A DNA stretch of 64,000 bases. It comes from Haliotis rubra. Its lineage: Eukaryota. Position 1 is the first letter of the stretch. Every line of letters begins with the position of its first letter. The DNA lies in contig NW_025767419.1 in the NCBI RefSeq assembly GCF_003918875.1, positions 310,001 to 374,000 on the forward strand, in the 5' to 3' direction. Below the pieces are notes generated by a model. That model was not told the origin of the DNA. It did not search any database and was given only the letters and a program-made list of their open reading frames with translations. The position numbers and the translations under genes were made by a program. Positions 1 to 10,381 of this stretch are shown one piece after another.

Positions 1-160
1 TGAACACCCGATCCCGTTAGTCGCCTCTTACGACAAGCATGGTTTACTTAATGTTCTAACCCGGACCTTCACGGGTGTAATATAACTGATATCAAAGGAC
101 ACTCGGTTGAGATTCTCTACTTTACTGAAGATCAATATTCTAACCCGGACCTTCACGGGT
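1..160 (-). mobile_element. Fragment of SINE-like family 3 (5' part) with a local duplication
   Basis: Reverse complement matches the start of the element at 30289 (acccgtgaag.tccggttagaa...catgcttgtcgtaagaggcgactaacgggatcggg). The segment 54-120 is repeated at about 137-204. Confidence 0.65.
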
Positions 161-225
161 GTGATAAAATTGATATCAAAAGACACGAGGGTGAGATTCT
201 CTATTTATCTCAACTGACCACTCAC

Positions 226-1612
226 CTCATACTCAACTTGTTTATCTGTGACCGGGTGACCTTCCTTCTTCCATCTGACCAGTCCCCCGTTTAAAAGCGA
301 CACATTGGTTATGCCGTGATACTGGATAAGAAAGTCTGTGGTTTACCAGCAACATATACGTTATACCTGGAATCCAGTCGGACAACGTTTAATTTAACTC
401 ACTGTCTACTTAAATCCATCTTAGCATACTGATTGCAAATAACTTCACGTAATGTGGTGTATTAATGTTTCAGGTGAATATTAACTGTCCTACCTTATAC
501 CGCTTCAAAATATCAGACATTTTGTCAGCCTAAACTTCAGTTTAAGAACTATTCTTTGTCTGCTTCAAAATGACTTCGCCGATAAGGCGCGGGCACGTAC
601 GTAGCTATACTTAGATCAAACTAGACTTTCCTCCCGAAGTAAAATATTTGCTCATTCAGTGATATGTTTTCAACAAGACGAAGTCTTTCAAAGGCGGATT
701 ATTTTGCGGACTTTGTTTTCCTCTATCAATAATATGTAAACTTAAATTTCCATACCCACTCCACCGGGGGCTCCACCCTACTATTCCAGGAAGGGTACTA
801 CTTCTCTGAATGCTGATATGTGGATAATATGGGGATAGATTCACAAAACATACCGGGATAGATTCACAAAATATACCGTTAACAGAGAATAATAGGTTAC
901 CCTTAACAGCCACCATCCTCGAGATGCTGCAAATCCGTTCAGTTGAACATTTTCGTACACGATCACATGACTTGATGAGTTAATGCCGAGAGATCTCAAG
1001 TAATCTTGAAAAACTCCGGGATCTTGTAGCCCCAAAGGGAGGTGTTGAGTGAAGGGGGCATGCTTTTTTATGTTGAGAAACTGTGCTCCTTCTATATGTT
1101 CACTGGCAAACAAAACGTGAACATGCATTCATTTAAAAATAAATGCATAATATTATCAAATATATTATCACAAATATTCTTAATTTTGTGAAAGAAAAAA
1201 ATAAATTGAGAAACGTAGTGTATAATGTATATATTCTGCAATTATAAAAAAAAATTTTAGAAAGATTTTCTAACTTAGTCGTTGCGGTGCATATGTTACA
1301 GTCAAAATCAGTCAATTTGTAAATCGCCTGAAAATTTCAGTCAATTTACAAATTGCCTGATTTTACACATTGACTGTTACATATACATCAGGTAGAATGC
1401 ACCTCCAAAATGCAACCTAACTTATTATTTAAATTACGAAACCAACATGCTCTACATTACGACATAGTAATGGGGTGCCGTTATCATTACCTCTTAAACT
1501 CATCCACAGAAGGCCCGGAAGGTCCAATGGTTGTATCAAAAATTCTCAAATCTTTGTTACCGGCGTTGATTTGACTTGACAGCCATTCCGGAGTTACCAG
1601 CGGAGAAACCAT
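226..1612 (-). CDS. Rhodanese/MPST-like sulfurtransferase, copy A (5' part only; continues off the left edge)
   Basis: Exons 1612-1491, 1102-901 and 321-226, all GT-AG and phase-consistent: MVSPLVTPEWLSSQ...EHIEGAQF...SHVIVYE...ASRGWWLLR-YHGITNVSLLNGGLVRWKKEG. These are typical N-domain motifs of tandem rhodaneses. An in-frame upstream ATG lies at 1654. Confidence 0.88.
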
Positions 1613-2331
1613 TTTGCTAACTCTGTAGCCCCTTCTGATCAGCGCAAATGCCATTGTGAAACTCGCTGTAGAGTAAATCGGGTCAGAACGTGACGCGGTA
1701 TCCTGAGTCCTTGAGAACCGAACGTGCACCACGCGCTCTGAGTAAATATCACTGACATAAATAGATATAGCGGTATCAGGACTGCGTGTACACCCGACGG
1801 TGAATTATTTTCTCCATGTAGAAAGATATATATCCCAGGTAGAGATAGCTCTGGTTCAAACTCCAACATTGTGTAGTCGTATCTCAATAATCCTCTCCAG
1901 GCGAGATCCGGCCTGGAGAAGGTAAACCAATGGTTGATAGTCTAAACATCTATACACGCCAACGGTTGAGGTGGTTCTAGTGCTTGATGAAAACAATTAT
2001 GGTAACTTTATGTAAACATTTACGTTTTAACATTCTTGTCATGTTAGTTAAGAGGTTTCTGGTCATGATCCAGATGGGCCGTATTGAATACAATATTCTA
2101 TAACATTTTTCTCAGCGAAATAGGCATGTTCTCATGAGCAAGGCAGGGCACTTGGCAATATTAAACATTACTGTTTTGAGAGGTTCCCTTAAGCTTTATG
2201 GGCCCGCTTTATGTACACGTTTGTCGTGCATAATATTCAATTGACGAACACATTGAAAACATCACATATGACGTAATATATCTGTTACTATACGTTACTG
2301 TGCTATACTCTATGCATTCCTATAGTGTTGA

Positions 2332-2615
2332 GGTGAGGTGAAATTGGGTTTAACGTCGTGCTTGATTATATTTCGTTCATATGATGACGTGCATGCGTGT
2401 GTATGTGTATGTGCGGCTGCTTGTACTAGCCCAGACTTTAGCTGGTTTTATAGTGCTAGCCCACTGTGATACCATGCCGCAGTGAAGCATGAATACCCCA
2501 CTCAGACACATTATACTGACTCCGAGCCGACCAGTCCTTGTTGTACCCATTAATGCCAAGCGCCAGGCAGGGACCAAAAGTACCATATTTTAACGTCTTT
2601 TGGTATGACGCGGTC
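2332..2615 (-). mobile_element. 5'-truncated long tRNA-SINE (family 1)
   Basis: Same body as 10029-10381 but without the tRNA head. 13-bp target-site duplication cctatagtgttga at 2319-2331 and 2616-2628. Confidence 0.85.
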
Positions 2616-4753
2616 CCTATAGTGTTGAATTAAATTGGTTCATCGGGCATAAAGCGTAAACCACGCAGGTACTCAAGTTGACAGTGTAGACATTTGCATA
2701 TTTCAGCTTGGCTAAATATGACCAAAATATACACGTTTAATGTATCGGTCAGGTGAATAGTACCTGAACCATTCTGTATAGTGTGTGTTGACAACTGGCG
2801 CATTGACACACTTTCGTCAGTCATCACTGTGTTGACATTGTGGTGCGCATGCGAAGGTTATATTGTCCTATGCATATTTGCCCTGGATAGTAGTCCACAT
2901 AGTGACATTAACGTGATAAACGATTAAATTATATTATTTAATGGATGTTTTACCCGACATGAATCGGCGTTATAACAGTATGAACTTGTTTGGCCAAACA
3001 ACAGAACCTCAATGGCTTCCGCCGTGGTTAGGCCAAATTCATTTTAGACTGATGAATTGCTCACAAACACAAAATCTAATAAATGCAACAAAACCAAATT
3101 TAGCAGTCACATGAAATCGACAGACCCACTCTGATGATTTGTCTCATAATTTTGGACACCCGAATTAAATAGTTGTTTAATAAACGATCATGATTTTGTC
3201 GTCACTTTTCGCTATTTTTACGTGGGGATGGGGATGGGGGTTGGGGGTTGGTAGGGGTCTGGGGCACTTGCAGGTAGAACAGTCAGGTGTACGAGTTGCA
3301 CGTGTGAATTGAAATTTCACTCCACAAGCTTGTTGATGACCACGCTTGTCAAAACCGAGGGAAAGGATATCAAAGAAAATATTCTGAACATTAGTTCTCT
3401 CAAAGTTACATTTTCAACCAAACACATTAAAACGCATTAAAACAACAACCTAGGATGAAACCTAGGTATCTCCCGATGACAAAGAGGGTTGGGAAGGTAC
3501 TGATGAGACACACAGGACGTGAATCAGTTACCTATATAAAAACGAAAGAAAAATATTCTTCCATCAGATGCTAATTTAATAGTCAAGAAGTACAAAACGA
3601 AATATATGCCGGGCATCGATCCACAAACGTAAATTTACATGCATAGTACGGGGCATGGTTTATTACATATCATTTTATTTTCATCAACATAAACATCAAA
3701 TCACCATGACAACTGTAACGATTAGAAGTATATATACTCGCTTAATACACTATCAACCGTCTAACAGAGATACTAATACATACCACGTATTGACTGGGAT
3801 GCTGTGTGACCATTGTAGCAGCATTTAGAGAACATGGTTGGAAATAGGAGCATGTGTGTCCGAACAATAAGTCGCTTTCAGCACCTAACTGGTCTCCCTT
3901 GACAGAACTATCAGTAACAGAAGTTCAGTAACATACACAAAACCACGTGTGAAGAACAAAGCCCGACGGAACGGAGTCTGTACTTGAAATGTGTTTTATA
4001 AAATTACCATGACAACGTCAAACACATTTCGTCTGGGACTCCTATCACAATGAGTCTATGCACAGACACACTATGCCTAACAACAGTTGATTATCATACA
4101 CTGATGCTTTAGCGTCAACTGACATTGATGTACATTAAAGAGACAAAACCATTTCCATGATCAAGGAAAGAGTCAACTGTATGATTCTAAATTTACCACA
4201 AGTAAATGTTTACGAGTCACAACCAATTACGTATAAAGCACAGAAAAACACATATGTCATGGATGTAATTACAGAACTGCTGACTTCAAATCAACGCTTT
4301 GTTCATAATGTAACGCTTCATTTTCCCGAGACAAAGGAGATAATTGAGCCATAAAGTCCAGTTTGCCGAACTGTAGTTTGGAATTGAGGATGTATTTTGG
4401 GGCTTGACAATGAATAGTCGAACCAAAAAATCGGGTAAAGAAATCGATATACAGTTCACAAACAACATGACGACTCTCTCCACCCCCCCTCCTCTCTCTC
4501 TCTCTTTCAAAACTTTTCATGCTATTAGTCAAATAAAAACGTTCGAATCTGATTGGAAAACATAGAAGAGACATAATCAATAACAGCCGCCCGTGGCGCT
4601 ACAATCGAGCTACGAAATTCGGAGCTATTTTGGCCGTTAGTTGACTCACTTGCTTTGGGAAGACGACGACTGTTAAACAGTCAGAATCAGAGGAAACTGT
4701 CTAAGTTGAAACATGAAGCTCATCATCAGATTTTCTTCGATTGCAACACTACA

Positions 4754-4913
4754 CATGGGCGGATCCAGGAATTTGAAAGGAGGGGGTTCAGGGGGTTCGA
4801 ACACCCCTCCATTGGCTCCGCCAACGCCAAAAAAAATCTTCAATTTGATCTTAAGTCATTTTCACTGAACCCCCTGGAAACCCCTGATCATCCCCACCCT
4901 GGATCCGCCACTG
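4754..4913. mobile_element. MITE about 70 bp downstream of the copy B stop codon
   Basis: TIR core ggcggatccagg / cctggatccgcc, flanked by a ctaca duplication. Absent at the homologous site in copies C and D (caatactacaaagcagaag). Confidence 0.75.
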
Positions 4914-4981
4914 CTACAAATCAGAAGCAGATTTCCAGGTCCAAAGACGTTGGATGATTATAGTCACTGGGCACGTTTTGA

Positions 4982-7900
4982 TCACAGTTTGCTGCTCTCC
5001 ACTTCGGCGGAAGAAGCTTTTTGTCCGTACTCCGTCCAGGAACCCTTCAAACATTCAATATATCTGCTTAGATTATACAGCTCGACAAACGTGAAGAAGT
5101 ACAACTAGGATAATTTGAAATATGAAAAAGATTCAAGAATACTCATTAGACATAAACACAAACAGGTAAATGTTTGGAATGCCAGTACAATCTACCGAGA
5201 ATGGATTATACTCACATAGTAGACGCTGACGTCATCCTTCCCACACACAGAGGCAGCCAAGGCGAGTGTACAGGCTGTGAAACCCACGTAACAGGTTGTC
5301 GTCATAGGTTGGTCCATCTTGACCCCCACTGACTGAAACACTGGACAACAGGACACATTCTACTACTTGTATGGATGTACATATACATGTATAGATTGAA
5401 AATGTACATGTGAATGTGAGAATATTATTGACCGATTGAAGCATGTGTTAAAGAAAGTCATCGAGAAATACACAAATGCTAGAATACCTACAGCGACAGG
5501 TGACATGTAGAGATGGACAATGTACATGTGAATGTGAGAATATTATTGACCGATTGAAGCATGTGTTAAAGAAAGTAATCGAGAAATACACATAGGCTAG
5601 AATACCTACAGTGACGCGTGACTTAAATACGTCACAATAGATATCCCTTTCTGCACACTGCCCTTAACGATAGGGGTGAAACGGTCTACCGCGGTATTTG
5701 TAGAACTGCGGTATTTTGCCTCGGTTCGGTATACCGTAATGCAATCCAAACATTCGGTATTTTCGGTTTTCGTACCGTCATTTTATTAACCTTTCAAAAC
5801 CCTTTTCAAAATGTCTTGATATCGAATCATTTTGTCAAAATCTACCTAGATATGATCATATCTCATGTACCGAACAGAAGGCTTTTGTACCGTACCGTGG
5901 TAAGAGCAAACCGTTTCACGGCTACTTAACGATCAGTTGTGATTTCTATGCAGAAACAAACCGTGAAGTTAAAAATAGAACGATTATTTCAGTTTCAGGA
6001 TGAAAAAGGTCTTAGCATGAACGTTCAATGTCTACCTTTCGGCGAGATCACAAGCTCAAATTATTTTCTGGACTTTTTTGTGATACTACTATTTCTTTAT
6101 ATTGCATTGTGAATCGTTTAAATCTTATGATCCCAAATACTAAGAGAATACAAATACCTTTTGTACATAATGTTAGGAGAATATAAACGGCAAACCCTTT
6201 CCATGTTGATAAGAAATTTCCGTTTTTAATCAGTTGATTGTAGGATTGCGACTTGATCTGACTTGTTATAAACATGTGTTATGAATCAATATCAAACAGT
6301 CATGATACTTGTGAACGCGAAAAAAGTAAACTTTCCTGAATGGAGAGTTACATTACCCTCACTCGTCACAAAGTTTCCACACGCAAAGGCATATCAATTG
6401 TTCACCTAAACAGTTGCAATCTACAAGACCACCTTAACTGCGAGTAATAATTTCTCCATGGTAACTCACATCCTAGAAGTTGGTCCTTCCCTTTGAGGGA
6501 GATGGTGTCGTCCTCGTACAGTGTCGAGTAGAAGATGTTGACGGCCCCGGGAATGTGCCCGGTTTGAAACGTCAGACCTTCTGACTTCAGTCCCACATAA
6601 TCCATGCAGAAAGTCTGAACTGTAGGTAGATTAAATACTGTTATGAAGCATTGAATCTCCGAACTCCTACAAAATCCATTGACATGAAAATTGTATCATT
6701 CAGGTTTTCTGTTATTTGGAAGTTTAACGGTATGTAATGGATGTTCAGTTATATTGATCTTGGGTCATTTCGATGCACACGTTAACAAATCTTCAAAATG
6801 TGTATGTGTGTGTCATCATATATTTGAACGTCTCTGTTTATATCACACGTAATTTGTGAATATAATTACATTTTGAGGGTTCTTTCTCTTTGCCATCAAA
6901 ATTGTCGGGGTGTCGAGTGTCCACGAACTGTCGGCCATCTCCGGGTTTGATGTCATCGTACAGCATTACCAGGCTTTTGTTGAACTTGACCGTTACGTCA
7001 CCGTTCTGGGAAATATTACCAGCATATATCCATTTTGGCTGACATGGGTTATAAATATTTACAAGGTCTGTTGACGCAAGATGGGTTTTTCACATTTGCA
7101 TCACAATGAAATGTCTTTCATATCAAAACTTCTTTGTTAAAGACATTTATTGTCTGAATATTAGTGGCATGAAGTTTTCCAACTGAGCACTCACCTCATA
7201 CTTGACCTCCTTATCTGTGACTGGGTAACCTTCCTTCTTCCATCTGACCAGTCCCCCGTTTAAAACAGACACATTCGTTATACCGTGAACCTGTTGAGAC
7301 AAAATAGTAACTACTTTACCAACAAAACTTTCCTTATTACTTTTAATTGTAGGGACAATCTAGCCATCACATTCTAGAGAGCATACATGCCACTAAAATT
7401 TCAGATAATAGAACGTCCCTCAGAATGGCACGCTAGATTATGAACCTGGAACATCATCGCATTCCTAGCGACACATTCGTTATAACATGTAGCTGTAGGG
7501 GTAATGTAGCCATCACATTCCTAGCGACACATTCCTTACAACATGTAGCTGTAGGGACAATGTAGCCATCACATTCCTAGCGACACATTCGTTACAACAT
7601 GTAGCTGTAGGGACAATGTAGCCATCACATTCCTAGCGACACATTCGTTACAACATGTAGCTGTAGGGACAATGCAGCCATCACATTCCTAGCGACACAT
7701 TCGTTATAACGTACAATGTGGTCATCACATTCCTAGCGACACATTCGTTACAACAATGTGGCTGTAGGGACAATGCAGCCATCACATTCCTAGCGACACA
7801 TTCGTTACAACATATAGCTGTAGGGACAATGTAGCCATCACATTCCTAGCGACACATTCGTTACAACATGTAGCTGTAGGGACAATGTAGCCATCACATT

Positions 7901-9159
7901 CCTAGCGACACATTCGTTACAACATGTAGCTGTAGGGACAATGTGGTCATCACATTCCTAGCGACACATTCCTTACAACATGTAGCTGTAGGGACAGTGT
8001 AGCTATTACATTCCTAGCGACACATTCGTTACAACATGTAGCTGTAGGGACAATGTGGTCATCACATTCCTAGCGACACATTCGTTACAACATGTAGCTG
8101 TAGGGACAATGTGGTTTTCACATTCCTAGTGACACATTCGTTACAACATGTAGCTGTAGGGACAATATGGTCATCACATTCCTAGCGACACATTCGTTAT
8201 AACAGGTAGCTGTAAGGACAATGCGGTCATCAAATTCCTAGCGACACATTCGTTATAACATGTAGCTGTAGGGACAATCAGTTTGCAGTGTCTTAAATAC
8301 CAACGTGAAGAGGATGCCTGTTTGGAGATTAAAATGCCGGAGAACTTATGACCTGGCCTTGAAAGAAAGGTCATACTAGTAAATAGAGAAAAGTACTTTA
8401 CTCTAAACAGCCACCATCCCCGAGATGCTGCCATTCCATTAAGCTGAACATTTTCGTACAGGATCACGTGACTTGATGCGTTAATGCCGAGAGATCTGAC
8501 ATAATCTTGAAATACGGAGGGATCTGGTAACCCAACAGGAAGATACTGAGTGTGGGGAGCATTCTTCACTATGTTCACAAGCTGGGCTCCTTCTATATGC
8601 TCACTGGAAAATAAAATTGAAAAGGCGTAAAAATTAAATAATATATTGTAGACAAGACATATATACATGCTGAAGAAGCAAAGCTGTACGTTATGATTAT
8701 TCCAGTTAAATCTTTTATAATGTGTGTACCATTTCAAACCTACTGTTCATAACATGCAGCATATTGTTAGTTTTGTCAAAACAAATAGATCAAATCCAGA
8801 CATATGCTTATTAAAAATGCTTTCAAATATACATGTATCTGGTCATATTATCAGTTTCATACCTTGTAGCCGATGTACAACAATTGTCTAATGTTAAACC
8901 TGAATGATGAATCAGAAACACATTTAGCCTACTGAAACGTAACATCGGTCGCACCTCCAAAACGCAGCCTGACATTTAGTGACTTTGTAAAACGGAGAAA
9001 TACAGCTTAACATTGTGTTCAAGGCACATGCTGTTACCTTTTAAACTCATCTATTGATGGTCCAGAAGGTCCTATGCTTGTATCCAAAACTCTCAGGTCT
9101 TTGTTGCCAGCTTTTATTTGACTTGAGAGCCATTCAGGAGTTACCACAGGGTCGACCAT
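4982..9159 (-). CDS. Rhodanese/MPST-like sulfurtransferase, copy B (complete, 7 exons, 297 aa)
   Basis: Exons 9159-9038, 8603-8402, 7290-7195, 7005-6870, 6619-6470, 5340-5216 and 5044-4982 total 894 nt, open frame, all GT-AG. Motifs: VTPEWL, HIEGA, RGWWLFR, LNGGL..W, FVDTR, GHIPGAVN, active-site TCYVGFTAC, and YYGSWTEY. Confidence 0.92.
5671..5924. mobile_element. hAT-like MITE in intron 5 of copy B
   Basis: TIR taggggtgaaacggt / accgtttcacggcta, 8-bp TSD cttaacga (5663-5670, 5925-5932), and subterminal cggta/taccg repeats. Absent from C and D. Confidence 0.82.
7460..8278. repeat. 56-bp minisatellite (about 14-15 copies) in intron 2 of copy B
   Basis: Unit cattcctagcgacacattcgttacaacatgtagctgtagggacaatgtagccatca, starting at 7460, 7516, 7572, 7628 and onward. 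Confidence 0.95.
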
Positions 9160-10028
9160 TTCGCTGAAGTCGGACTTTGAGTGCAATGTTCAGCGCTGAC
9201 TGATGTCGTGAGCTCCCCGCGGAGTAATTTCGGTCAGTAGGTCAAACTCACACGACTGCAGCTCAAGCCAGTTGACGACTGTGTAAACACTCCTGACAAT
9301 GAACGCTACTGAATATTGATCGATATATGTTCAATATCACCTGGTAGAAAAAATATGAGACTTAACAGTGATACTTGTTAGTTCAAACTGAAAACTATAT
9401 ATTGTTTAGGGCAACAGTGTGTATTTTTGTCCGTCGACCAGAAAGTGTATTTCGAACTCATGTGCTGCTCATTCATCGCCCGACCGAGTAGAATGTAATT
9501 TTGTTTGAGCAGGAGATATATATATATAATTTTTGCATTTAAACAGGGAGGACTGCCAGGCTGTAAAGGAAAAATAATGTGGTTCAGGGACTGAGACCGA
9601 CTAATGATACAGATGTCTCACTTTGTAACCGTAACACCTGATTTAATCTATTAAGATGTTCTCTGATGCTTTTCTCTTTTGTTCTCTTCTACTTGCGCAG
9701 TGCAGCCTGTGTTATGGATTCAAAATCTGCAAATTGGACAACACATGATTTTGCTGTATATATTTTGTATTTCCTGAATACAAAAGAAAACTGAATAAAT
9801 TAGTTTTTTAGACAGGTGCAGATTTCCCAGGCCAAAATAATATTACTGTGGAATCAAAGTAACAGAGATTTTGTCTTCTTTCATCTTAGACAGACCGACT
9901 CAACTTAGGGCCTCTAGGGACCGAAGCACTCGTGCTGGGTAGTTACTGCCTAAAGAAAATGAACGCCTTGAACTGTCAAATATGTACGTGACGATCGGCA
10001 ACAAGGCTCGTGATTCATAGTGTACAAG

Positions 10029-10381
10029 ACCGCCTCCGTGGTGTAATGGTTAGAGCGTCCGCACCGAGAGCGGAAGGTCGCGGGTTCGATCCCCGACCGC
10101 GTCATACCAAAAGACGTTAAAATATGGTACTTGTTGGTCCCTGCCTGGCGCTCGGCATAAATGGGTACAAGAAGGACTGGTCGGCTCGGAGTCAGTATAA
10201 TGTGTCTGAGTGGGGTATTCATGCTTCACTGCGGCATGGTATTTCAGTGCGCTAGCACTATAAAACCAGCTTAAGTCTGGGCTAGTACAAGCAGCCGCAC
10301 ATACACATACACAAGCATGCACGTCGTCATAGGAGCGAAATATTCTCAAGCACGACGTTAAACCCAAGTTTACCTCACTCC
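10029..10381 (+). mobile_element. Full-length tRNA-derived SINE (family 1; central domain resembles mollusc Meta/MESC SINEs)
   Basis: A box tggtgtaatgg, B box ggttcgatcc and a (cctca)-type tail. 14-bp TSD tcatagtgtacaag at 10015-10028 and 10382-10395. The empty homologous site is visible at about 22178-22195. The Meta/MESC assignment is from memory. Confidence 0.88.

Noticed and set aside
10029-10100. tRNA genes suggested by A/B boxes (also at 27958, 31485, 40617 and about 25570-25680)
   Set aside because: These are heads of multi-copy SINEs with bodies, tails and TSDs, not stand-alone tRNAs.
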